The position numbers and the translations under genes were made by a program. Under the pieces are notes generated by a model, which saw nothing but the letters and a program-made list of their open reading frames with translations, had not been told where the DNA came from and searched no databases. Below, piece after piece: positions 38,300 to 49,259 of a stretch of 64,000 bases of DNA. The stretch's first letter is position 1; each line of letters starts with the position of its first letter. This DNA is from Anolis carolinensis (lineage: Eukaryota), in contig NC_085847.1 of NCBI RefSeq assembly GCF_035594765.1, positions 2,480,001-2,544,000 of the forward strand, written 5' to 3'.

Positions 38300-39570
38300 A
38301 CTTCATAGTTTGGGGTTGGTAATGAATAAAACAGGACTACTCAATCTTTCAAATCTGGGAGCCAGCACTCATAACTGGGGAGAGAATCATCTAGGGCTCC
38401 CAAATTTTCACCACTCGGACAAGCAATACTCCATAGTTTGGGAAGGAAATCACCTAGGGCTCACCAGTCGGGGAACCAAGACCCCAGTTTGGTGAGAAAT
38501 AATCTAGAGCTCCCCAGTCTCACTAGTTGGGGAAATCAAGACGCTGTTGCCCCATTGTTTGTGGGGAAAATTACCTAGAGCTTTCAAAACATCATCAGTT
38601 GAGAAAACAAACAACACAAACACTCCACAGTTTGAGAGGGAAACCACCTAGGCCTCCCCAATATCACCAATATGGCACCAGTATTCAATAATATGGGGTG
38701 GGGATCGTCTAGGGGCCCTTTCACAGCTATATAACCCAGAATATCAAGGCAGCTCATTCACAATATATGCCTTGAACTGGATTATCTGAGTCCACAATGG
38801 CATATAAACCAGTTCAATGTGGATTTTATACAGCTGCGTGGAAAGGCCAGGGCTTAGGCCTCCCCGATGGGGAAGCAGAACCTCAGTTTTGGGAGGAAGT
38901 GACCTAGATCTCTCTAATATCCCCAATAGGAAGCCGTACCCCACTGTTTGGGAAATAACCAAGAACCTCCCAGGCCTCTTCAACATTACCATATAATCCA
39001 GATTATCAACGATAATCCACATGATCTGCTTTGAACTGGGTAATGAGTCTACACGGCCATATAATCCAGTTCAAAGCAGATAATCTGGATTTTATATGGC
39101 AGTGTAGAAGGGGCTCCAATATCACCATAGGTTGTTGGCGGGATGGGGAAGTAGGGCCCCTTCCACACAGTTGAATAAAATCCCACATTATCTGCTTTGA
39201 ACTGGTTTATATGGCAGTGGGGACTCAGATAACCCAGAACCCTTCCACACAGCCCTATATCCCAGAATATCAAGGCCGAAAATCCCACAAGATCTGCTTT
39301 GAACTGGGTGATCTGAGTCCACACTCAGATAATGTGGGATTTTCTGCCTTGATGTTCTGGGCATAGGGCTGTGTGGAAGGGCCCCCCAATTTAAAGCTGA
39401 CATTGTGGGATTTGTGTTGTGTGAAAGGGCCCTGGGACTCTATAGTTTGGGGGAGAATAACCTAGAGTTTCCTGATATCAACTGGGGAAGAAGACCCTCA
39501 AGTATGGGGGGGGGGGGGGGGTGGAAATCACACAGGCCTCCCCAATCTCACTCATGCCCTCCACTGGGGC
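38300..39570. repeat. Degenerate ~60-80 bp minisatellite (CCATAGTTTGGGGAGAAATCACCTAGAGCTCCCC-like) interrupted by palindromic GGCCCCTTCCACAC-type MITEs (38713-39432)
   Basis: About 10 recurrences of the motif; MITE arms GGCCCCTTCCACACAG / CTGTGTGGAAGGGCC. Confidence 0.65.
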
Positions 39571-39805
39571 ATGGTTTTGTGCCCAAGTACTTTAAATAGT
39601 TCCATCTTGTCTCCTGTGCCATAACAACATGCTATGCTAATTTTATATACATATATATATAATTTGTAATAATTTATAAATATATAATATATTGTATATA
39701 CATATAATATCGATAATAATATTATAATGGTGTACAATATTATACTACTAATAATGCAATATAAAATATTGATTATATATTCTATATTAAATGTAATATT
39801 ACTAA

Positions 39806-39934
39806 TTCTTTGGAGGCTTTTAAGCAGAGGCTGGATGGCCATCTGTCGGGGGTGCTTTGAATGCGATTTCCTGCTTCTTAGCAGGGGGTTGGACTGGATG
39901 GCCCATGAGGTCTCTTCCAACTCTACTATTCTAT
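39806..39934 (+). mobile_element. CR1 LINE extreme 3' end
   Basis: Matches 22571-22699. Confidence 0.9.
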
Positions 39935-39963
39935 AATAATATTACCATATAATGATATAGTAG

Positions 39964-40296
39964 TAAAGGTAAATGTTTTCCCCTGACGTCAAGTCCAGTC
40001 GTGACTGACTCTGGGGGTTGGTGCTCATCTCGATTTCTAAGCCTAAGAGCCGGCATTGTCCATAGACACCTCCAAGGTCATGTGGCCATGGGCATGACTG
40101 CACGGAGTGCCGTTACCTTCCTGTCTGAGCAGTACCTATTGATTTACTCACATTTGCATGTTTTCGAACTGCTAGGTTGGCAGGAGCTGGGGCTAACAGT
40201 GGGCGCTCATTCCGCTCCCGGGATTTGAACCTGGGACCTTTTGGTCCGCAAGTTCAGCAGCTCAGCGCTTTAACACACTGTGCCACCAGGGGCCCC
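39964..40296 (-). mobile_element. Sauria SINE, full length
   Basis: - strand tRNA-like head with A box TGGCACAGTGTG and B box GGTTCAAATCC; (ACCTTT)-type tail. Confidence 0.9.
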
Positions 40297-40774
40297 GTTT
40301 ATAAATATATAATATATTGTATATACATATAATATTGATAACAATATTATAATGGGATACAATATTATACTACTAATAATCCAATATAATATTAATTATA
40401 TATTAAATGTAATGTTACTAATAATCTTACCATATAATGATATAGTACAATATAGTAATTTTATGCTTACTATATATATATTGTATGCTCATTTGATTTG
40501 TAAGCCACTCTGAGTCCCCTTCGGGGTGAGAAGAACGGGATATAAATGTAGTAAATAAATAAATAAGTAAATAAATGAATGAATAAATCCCCTCTGCTTT
40601 TGAGGGACACACACACACACACACAAAAGAAAACAAACCTTCCTGGGAGGTTTCTGCTCCCCTTGGGACAGAGAAAGGCCTTCCCCCTTGAGTCCCCTCA
40701 GCAGCCTCCCTCAAGTTCCCCCCAAAAGCCAGGCTATTCCTGCTGACAGGACTGTCCCTCGCGGGGCCCCGTAC

Positions 40775-40853
40775 CTGGCCGCAGAGGCTCGGTGATGCTG
40801 AGCACCAGGAGGAAGAGGAGGAGGAAAGTGCCGCTATCTGCTTTGGGCACCAT
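40775..40853 (-). CDS. DGCR2: DGCR2/IDD coding exon 1 (signal peptide [26 protein letters not shown])
   Basis: ATG at 40853-40851, donor CAG|GTAC, 79 nt, phase 1; lies in a CpG island; translation matches the known DGCR2 N-terminus. Confidence 0.96.
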
Positions 40854-40868
40854 TTATCCTCCGTTCAT
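40854..40868 (-). promoter_or_regulatory. uORF ATG-AAC-GGA-GGA-TAA (MNGG*) directly abutting the DGCR2 start codon
   Basis: - strand reads GAGG ATG AAC GGA GGA TAA ATG GTG CCC. Confidence 0.75.
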
Positions 40869-41370
40869 CCTCCCCCGGCGCCGCAACGTAGACCCCCCCT
40901 CCCGGGGGAGGCGAGGAGAGGAGAATGGAGGGGAAAAAAAGACGGAGGCAAAAGAAGAAGGAGCTGCCCGTCTTCCTCTCGGCCGTCTTCCTCCTCAGCT
41001 CGTCCCTCACTGACGGGCGAGAAGATGGCGGACGCGCTGCCGCCGCTCTTCCTCCTCCCCGCCTCCCCTCCCGCCGCTCCTTCCTCTCCCGGCCAATCCG
41101 GAGGCGCGGGGCGGGGGCCGATTTGCATAGGCGCATGACTAATGAGGGCCGCAGAGGCGCCCGGAAGCCAGCGCGGAGGCCCTGAGGGGGGACTGAGGCC
41201 CTGTTGCGGTTGCCATGGCGACCCCAGCGTTTACATAGGGAGCCTTGGGGTAGGCCAAAGCATGCTCAAGCTTTGTATAGAAATATATAACTAGATATAG
41301 GATATATAAGGTATAGATAGATAGGTTGGGTATGCCTTACCCCTCATATAGTGCTTATAGATACACAAAC

Positions 41371-41377
41371 ACACACC

Positions 41378-41456
<79 letters not shown>

Positions 41457-41600
41457 GCCTATACAGTAGAGTCTCACTTATCCAACACTCGCTTATCCAC
41501 ACACCTAGATAGATAGATAAATAGATTGATAAATAGATAGATAGGCCTATACAGTAGAGTCTCGCTTATCCAACACTCGCTTATCCACATAGATAGATAA

Positions 41601-41672
<72 letters not shown>

Positions 41673-41728
41673 GCCTATACAGTAGAGTCTCACTTATCCA
41701 ACACTCGCTTATCCACATAGATAGATAA

Positions 41729-41788
<60 letters not shown>

Positions 41789-41929
41789 GCCTATACAGTA
41801 GAGTCTCACTTATCCAACACTCGCTTATCCACACACCTAGATAGATAGATAAATAGATAGATAGATAAATAGATAGATAGGCCTATACAGTAGAGTCTCA
41901 CTTATCCAACACTCGCTTATCCACACACC

Positions 41930-41992
<63 letters not shown>

Positions 41993-42048
41993 GCCTATAC
42001 AATAGAGTCTCACTTATCCAACACTCGCTTATCCACATAGATAGATAA

Positions 42049-42098
<50 letters not shown>

Positions 42099-42230
42099 CT
42101 ATACAGTAGAGTCTCACTTATCCAACACTCGCTTATCCACACACCTAGATAGATAAATAGATAGATAGATAAATAGATAGATAGGCCTATACAGTAGAGT
42201 CTCACTTATCCAACACTCGCTTATCCACAC

Positions 42231-42304
<74 letters not shown>

Positions 42305-42460
42305 GTCTATACAGTAGAGTCTCACTTATCCAACACTCGCTTATCCACACACCTAGATAGATAGATAAATAGATAGATAGATAAATAGATAGATAGGCCT
42401 ATACAGTAGAGTCTCACTTATCCAACACTCGCTTATCCACACACCTAGATAGATAGATAA

Positions 42461-42491
<31 letters not shown>

Positions 42492-42745
42492 GGCCTATAC
42501 AGTAGAGTCTCACTTATCCAACACTCGCTTATCCACACACCTAGATAGATAGATAAATAGATAGATAGATAAATAGATAGGCCTATACAGTAGAGTCTCA
42601 CTTATCCAACACTCGCTTATCCACACACCTAGATAGATAGATAAATAGATAGATAGATAAATAGATAGGCCTATACAGTAGAGTCTCACTTATCCAACAC
42701 TCACTTATCCAACGTTCTGGATTATCCAATGCATTTTTGTAGTCA
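41371..42745. repeat. Composite satellite: (GATA)n tracts alternating with a ~45-50 bp MITE terminus, 13 units
   Basis: Unit (AGAT)n-AGGCCTATA-CAGTAGAGTCTCACTTATCCAACACTCGCTTATCCAC(ACACCT). Confidence 0.95.
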
Positions 42746-43378
42746 ATATAGTACTATAGAATGCTTATATTGTGCTATAGTAATAATATAATATATTGTA
42801 TGTATATATAATATTGATAGTAATATTATAATATAATGCAATATAATAACAATACACTATTATAATTGTATATTATATATGATATGTAATATTACTAATA
42901 ATATTGCAGTATAGTACAATATACAGTAGAGTCTCACTTATCCAACGTTCTGGATTATCCAACGCATTTTTGTAGTCAATATAGTACTATAGAATGCTTA
43001 TATTGTGCTATAGTAATAATATAATATATTGTATGTATTAAAATATTGATAATAATATTATAATGTAATGCAATATAATAACAATACACTTATAATTGTA
43101 TTATGTGATATGTAATATTACTAATAATAATAAGTGAATATGTTAGATAATAAGGAGGGATTAGGTTATGATTTTAAAAATTAAGCACCAAAACATCATG
43201 TTATACAACAAATTTGACAGAAAAAGTAGTTCAATATGCAGTAATGCTATGTAGTAATTACTGTATTTACGAATTTAGCACCAAAATATCACGATGTATT
43301 GAAAACATTGACTACAAAAATGCTTTGGATAATCCAGAATGTTGGATAAGCGAGTGTTGGTTAAGTGAGACTCTACTG
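42675..43378. mobile_element. Rearranged Tc1/mariner MITE: duplicated MITE-end plus AT module (~250 bp x2), then an inverted MITE body
   Basis: TIRs at ~42676 and 42924 (direct) and ~43357-43378 (inverted). Confidence 0.7.
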
Positions 43379-43515
43379 TATTATATTATTAGCATAGCAC
43401 AATATTAGTATTATATACTACTGTAGTGTACTATACCACTGTACTGCATTATTAGTAATATTACATGTAATATATAATATACTATTATTATATCGTACTA
43501 TAGTATTATACCACA

Positions 43516-43553
<38 letters not shown>

Positions 43554-45084
43554 TTCACACCTAAAAATACACACACATACATACATATAGGAGAATTGTA
43601 GTTTAATGAGCCACCAGTGCACTTTGGCACATGAAGCTAAAGGCCTTCTAGCACTCCAGCTCCAAGGATCCCATCGCCTTGAGCAAGACAGATAAAGGGG
43701 TGTCAAACTGTGTTATTTCAACAGTGTAGAGGCAACCGAGATGGAGAAAACGCCTTGGCCTCCCCAAGCCACCATCTGAAAACGAAAGTGGCTCTAAGTT
43801 GCAGGTGTTTTCCTACACAAAGCCACAGCCGGTTGTTGTTTGCGGATGCTGTTTCCCAGGGCTGGGACTGGCACCTGCTTCCCCTGCGGTTGGAAGGACA
43901 CCTTGCCAGCAACACCACAGAGCAATAAACAAAGAGGGGAAAGCATTTTCCGGAAGCAACGTTTTCTCTCAACATGCGGCATATCTAGCTAAAGCTGTGA
44001 CAGTGCAGATCCCAAAACAAATGAGGTGAGTAGTTCTCCCTTTCATCCATATGAATGATAGCCTTTTCCAGGCAATTTTAAGGTCCTTCAATGCAGCCTT
44101 GACAGTGTTTGGATGGCCATGGCTCCTTGTGATGGGATACTAAGACCTGTAGGTTGTCCTCACCAAACTACAACTCTCAGGATCCCATTGCCTTGAGCCA
44201 CGGGGCAGAAAGTGGTGTCAAACTGCATTCATCCTAATGACAAAAAAATGAGATTCGGTTTTTGAGATGTACCAGTTTGGGCAAAGGTTTTCAGAAGTGG
44301 CAGGAATGGGCCTTTGGTAAGTAGCACTAAGATGGAATTTACACCAAAGATTGTCCTGATTAAGTTGATGACTGAAGGCAGATTCATAAAGTAGAAACAA
44401 GCCACTGATTTTATGTGAAACTCATAATTGAACCTGTCTGCTATGGAGTTATAAACTTTGTCCTGAGGATTTGCTTTAGTCTCAGTCGGTATATGCATCC
44501 ATTGACTTCAGTACAGGTTGCACATCCCATTTTCCAAAATCTGAAATTCTCCAAAATTGTCCACCTGAGTGGTTGGGATAGTGGCACCTTGGCTCTCTGA
44601 TGATTCAGTGTACTTTCAAACACATTATTTAAAACAGTGTATCAAATGTCCTTCAGGCCATATATATACATGTGTATGAATTTCATGTTTAGACTTAAAT
44701 CCCATCTCCAAAATCTCTCATTATGGATATACGAGATATATATGATGATAAGGAGGAGGAATGGCTCAGCCTAGTTGTTGAAGCTAATCACAAATGGAGA
44801 CCAGATTTGTCCAAGACGTGTTGGGAATTTGGTGGGACAAAATGGTGCTCCTCCCATGCGAAAGGCACATGACTTGTCCACAACAAAAACAGAGGACCAC
44901 CAAGTCAGTTTAAGGGTCAAGGAGCAAGCTAGCCTTCAAAACCAACTGCTTCAGGTGGCACCCATTCATCCTCATAGCACACTCAACCATCAGCCAGATT
45001 ACTCTGGGAGCTGCAGTCCTAAAAGTCACTTACAGTTGCTTCCAGCCATTCAAGTCTCCAAGTGACATGTCCAATGTTCCATTG

Positions 45085-45092
45085 TGACCTCA
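45085..45092 (+). promoter_or_regulatory. Variant CRE (TGACCTCA) ~150 nt upstream of TSSK copy A
   Basis: TTGTGACCTCA, positionally equivalent to the motif upstream of copies B and C. Confidence 0.5.
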
Positions 45093-45235
45093 CCAGATGA
45101 CATCTGCAATTCACTCAATTGCTGGGAGACCGGAGACCAAGCCAGACTCAAAACTCCTTGAGTGGAGCACCATCTCAAAACCCATAGGACCACCTCTCTA
45201 AGTCCTACTCCGTCAGGAAGTTGGTATCCCCACCC

Positions 45236-46072
45236 ATGGATGATGCTGCCGTGCTGAAGAAGAAAGGCTATATCCTAGGAGGTAGTCTAGGTGAAAGTTC
45301 CTTTGCCAAAGTCAAGTCGGCCTACTCGGAGCGTCTGAAGAGCCAAGTGGCCGTCAAGATCACAGACAGAAGGAACGTCCCCACTGAGTTCTTGGAGAAG
45401 TTCCTGCCTCGGGAGTTGGAGATCTTGTCCACCGTCGACCACTGCTCCATTGTCAAGATCTACGAGATCTTTGAGACCTCTGGGAAGGTCTACATTGTGA
45501 TGGAGCTGTGCGTCCAAGGCGACCTCTTGGAGTTCATCAAGAGCAACCGGGGGCTCCCCGAGGAAGTGGCTCGCCGGATGTTTCGCCAACTCTGCTGTGC
45601 CGTCAAATATTGCCATGACTTGGATGTGGTGCACCGGGACCTCAAGTGTGACAACGTCCTCCTAGACAAAGACATGAATGTCAAGTTGTCCGATTTCGGT
45701 TTTTCAAAGCGGTGCTACCGAGACGGGGATGGTCACATCGTTCCCAGCCAGACGTTTTGCGGGTCGGCAGCGTACGCTGCTCCAGAAGTGATCCTTGGCA
45801 TCCCGTACCACCCCAAAGTTTATGATATGTGGAGCCTGGGTGTCGTGCTCTACGTCATGGTCTCCGGGTACATGCCATACGACGACTCCAACGTCAAGCG
45901 GATGCTCCGGCTCCAGCAGGAACACCGGGTGATCTTCCCTGAAACATTGAGCATCGAATGCAAAGATCTGATTTTCCGCATGCTGCAACCTGATGTTGCT
46001 CACCGCCTCCAGATTGAAGAAGTCTTAAACCACCCTTGGGTGCAAGGGAAGCGGCTGAAGAGATTTCGGTAA
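45236..46072 (+). CDS. Testis-specific Ser/Thr kinase, TSSK1/2 family, copy A (278 aa, intronless, divergent, essentially no C-terminal tail)
   Basis: [12 protein letters not shown] start, [27 protein letters not shown]; true ATG at 45236 (track uses an upstream TTG); AATAAA at 46121. Confidence 0.93.
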   Translation: MDDAAVLKKKGYILGGSLGESSFAKVKSAYSERLKSQVAVKITDRRNVPTEFLEKFLPRELEILSTVDHCSIVKIYEIFETSGKVYIVMELCVQGDLLEFIKSNRGLPEEVARRMFRQLCCAVKYCHDLDVVHRDLKCDNVLLDKDMNVKLSDFGFSKRCYRDGDGHIVPSQTFCGSAAYAAPEVILGIPYHPKVYDMWSLGVVLYVMVSGYMPYDDSNVKRMLRLQQEHRVIFPETLSIECKDLIFRMLQPDVAHRLQIEEVLNHPWVQGKRLKRFR

Positions 46073-46120
46073 AAGCAAACATGCAATTTTATCAGGAATA
46101 CTTATTGCTTTGAAAAGTGC

Positions 46121-46130
46121 AATAAATAAA
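46121..46130 (+). terminator. Probable poly(A) signal(s) of TSSK copy A
   Basis: AATAAATAAA ~50 nt after the stop, followed by a T/GT-rich tract. Confidence 0.65.
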
Positions 46131-47521
46131 TATTACTTTCTTGTTCTAGAGCAATACCGTGCTGTTCTTTTGTATTTCATAGTTACTGTCCAACTTAGAA
46201 TTTTCCATCAAGGTGGCTTCCCATTCCCAAGAAGAGAATGGGGTGACTTATGGGCCGTATAGGACCAGCTAAGACACACACATGCCCCAGAGCTGCCCTC
46301 TGGACATCCACCATCATAGGGAGTAAATGACCACAAAACCCTCCTGATTCCCCATATTGAGGAAATTTGGAGTGAGTCGGTTTTTTGTACCTGAAATTGC
46401 CTATTTTCTAAACTGGAGCATGTGGCCATTTCTAGGTTGGACAAAGTGTGTGAGCACATCCGGTAAGGGCTCAAGAAGTTTGAATACAGGTCAGAGGTAG
46501 CCTCCAAGTTCTCCACCCTTCTTCTGAATCTAGGGGTGCATCTACACTTAGAATGAATGCCGTTTGATACTACTTGAATTGCTCAAGCTCCACGATACGG
46601 GATCCTGGGAGCTTCACAATGTCTTTAGCCTTCTCACCAAAATTCTACTGCTGCTGAGAACAACCCTGGGAGTCAGTCACCCAACTACTTCACTTTTCCT
46701 CTGCCTTATCTTTCAAAACGATGGAAATAATATTGTATCACTTTTGGTCGCAATTTTGAGAGGGACTAAAAAGTCAATGGAGGTATTTGGAGGTAGTCCA
46801 GAGTTCTAGGTTGCCTGTGGAATGGGAGAGTGGTATTTATTTATTTGTCTTAGGAATTATGTATGGTTTGGAGGTAAAATTGCCTGAAAACTTAGAAACA
46901 AAACTTAGGAGGCTTTGGGAGACTAGTGGAAGGGTGGGGGGGGGGGGCAGCTTTGCTAAATGCTTCTCTCCTACGAAATCTGTTGGGGAAAGAAAACATG
47001 TCAGGCCATGTTCCATGGAATAATGTGGAATAAAACAGTGATGGAAAACCTTCGACAAATGGTGACCCCATGAATTTATCAGGGTTTTCTCTGTCAAGGA
47101 ATACTCAGAAGTGGTTTTGCCATTGCCTTTCCACGATCCAGGTCAGAAGAGAAGTGCATAGAAAACATCTTCAAGGAATTGCTGAAGGGGCTTCAGTCTC
47201 TCAAGCAAAGTGAGCCTTTGAGTAGACTCCAGTCCAAAAGCTAAAAAGCAAGAGCTTTGTTGTTTCTCTCCCGTAAGAACAGGATGGCAACGCAGGAGAA
47301 ATTCCTGCATCCGTCCGGAAACAACTGAGATCTTGCACCATCTAGGGACTATGCAATGCAATGGCACCATCGACCCAAAGCTGTTGTTCACCTGGCTGAA
47401 AAGGCAGGTTGGTTTTCCATGAAAAAAAAAAAAAGATGACCTGCACTAATGGACATCCAAATTTCTCATTAGTCCACTGCTCCTAAGCACGTGGGATGGG
47501 AAGGAGGACAAAACCATAAAA

Positions 47522-47741
47522 GGGTTGTTGTATGTCTTTCGGGCTGTGTGGCCATGTTCCAGAAGTATTCTCTCCTGACGTTTCACCCACATCTATGGCA
47601 GGCATCCTCACAACCTCTGAGGATGCCTGCCATAGATGTGGGCGAAACGTCAGGAGAGAATACTTCTGGAACATGGCCATACAGCCCGAAAGACATACAA
47701 CAACCCTGTGATCCCGGCCATGAAAGCCTTCGACAACACAT
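47522..47741 (+). mobile_element. Penelope-like element remnant: inverted partial copy plus pseudo-LTR, with a hammerhead ribozyme
   Basis: Inverted arms joined at CCTCA microhomology (47606-47610); TSD aaaaccataaaa(g) at 47510-47521 and 47742-47753. Confidence 0.85.
47614..47654 (+). ncRNA. Minimal type I hammerhead ribozyme motif (intact)
   Basis: CCU-CUGAGGA-U-GCCUGC-cauagau-GUGGGC-GAAAC-GUC^AGG; predicted cleavage after C47651. Confidence 0.7.
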
Positions 47742-49076
47742 AAAACCATAAAAGCTTCTTTGTCATGTGTTTCTTATTACTAAAGATGGCAACTTGACCA
47801 AGGTGATCCAAGGGGCTTTCATCGTTGAGCAGGGATTCAAACCCAGAATCCTGGTCCAACAATAAAATGACAATATCAAATGAAGTCTAAAGATAATGTA
47901 GAAGGGGGATTTCCACTGATGTTGTCACACAGCGCCCATCCTTTTTCCTACACAACCATTCAAAGGACAGCAGCACTTTCCACTTTTTGCTCTGGCAACC
48001 CATACAATTGGTGTGAAATGGCTAAGGAACGTGTTTTTCACCCCCACTGTATCCGGAAAGTACTTTAGTACGGCAGTAAATGTGGTCCAGGGTTCTTTTG
48101 AAGTTTCTTTAGCATAAAAGTAAAAATGCGATCTTTCTTGGGGATTGGATGAGTCCAGTATCACCTATGAGAGACACAGCAGCCTTCATCTTGGGCTGGG
48201 CTTTTTTGCAAAGCAAGGGGTCTCCCAGGAGCTTTCAAAAAGACAGCAGCTTACTTTCAGATGCGTGGCTTTATGTGCAGCTCACGTTCCTTTGAGCAAC
48301 CTCTCTTTGGCTCAAGGGTACCTTAAGTTTGGAAAGAAACAAAGCATTGGGAATTGTATTCATTTGTCTTGTATTTCCTTTAAGTGAAAGGTGCCTGGAA
48401 AGCATGTTGGAATGCCAGGCCTGTAAGAGGGGGAAATAAATCCCCTTACCCTGCTGTGGTCCTATGAGAAGCATGAACAGAACTCCAGAAGTATCTTTTT
48501 GGCAATTTATTCCCAAACTGTCAATTGCATGCCTATGGGAATCGAAAGCCAAGTCCATATCACCCTCCAAGTTGTGTTGGTCAGCAATGGTTATGCGGAC
48601 ATATGTTGTCTTGTTTTTGTGTACCTTCCATGCCCTCTTTCTTGATTTGATGTGGCACATCTTTGGCTCCAAAAACTTAGGACCACTGTCCCTTCCACTT
48701 AACCGTTATGGTATGGGAGTCTCCTGTGTTTCATTTGACTCAGAAAGTTTTTATTTCCTTGAAGCAAAATCCATGGCAGCTCTGATGGTTTGTGAGAGGA
48801 AGGGCCTTTTCATGTGTGTTTATGCATCTTCCAGTCGTCTGTCAATTTATGGCAACCTCGTGAATTTCATAAGAGTTTTCTTAAGGATTACTTAAAAGGT
48901 GGTTTGGCCAGTTCCTGCCTCTGAAATATACATATATGCTATTCATACATCTGTGTATAAAGATAAGAACACCCGAAGCTTTCAACAATGCTCAGGACTG
49001 TTATCTCTGTTCATGACGGCCCTTTGTATTAGTTCTGACAACAGCTCTAAATGGATTGCTCAATTGTCTCCAACAA

Positions 49077-49090
49077 CTTTGTGACATCAT
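49077..49090 (+). promoter_or_regulatory. Variant CRE (CTTTGTGACATCAT) upstream of TSSK copy B
   Basis: Exact 14-mer shared with 52011-52024; ~180 nt upstream of the ATG; extra CGTCA half-site at 49140-49144. Confidence 0.65.
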
Positions 49091-49259
49091 AAAAGAACAC
49101 TGAAAGTTCTGCGGCTCTCCAGCGTACGAGAAGAAGTCACGTCATTTCAGAGGCCCATCTTGGAATGGGCTTGAATGAAGCCAGAGGCTAGAAGGTGGAG
49201 CTCAGATATATGATGCTCAGCCACCTCATACATATCGGTTAGGGGCTGTCTTGGGCATC

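Larger units (their letters stand above)
40740..41250 (-). promoter_or_regulatory. DGCR2: DGCR2 CpG-island promoter / 5' UTR
   Basis: CpG-rich island; YY1 AAGATGGCGG 41022-41031, CCAAT 41093-41097, GC box 41108-41116, octamer ATTTGCAT 41121-41128, ETS CCGGAAG 41161-41167, X-box GTTGCCATGGCGAC 41209-41222. Confidence 0.85.

Noticed and set aside
40215-40296. tRNA-like A/B boxes (also 63435-63516)
   Set aside because: SINE head, no complete cloverleaf; not a tRNA gene
41371-42745. CRISPR-like look (constant repeat with variable spacers)
   Set aside because: The spacers are only (GATA)n of varying length, the repeat is a MITE terminus, there are no cas genes, and the context is eukaryotic
8626-43706. 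Poly-L/N/C/Y/I and IYLS-repeat ORFs in the track
   Set aside because: Translations of (TAA)n, (CAA)n, (GATA)n and AT-rich repeats
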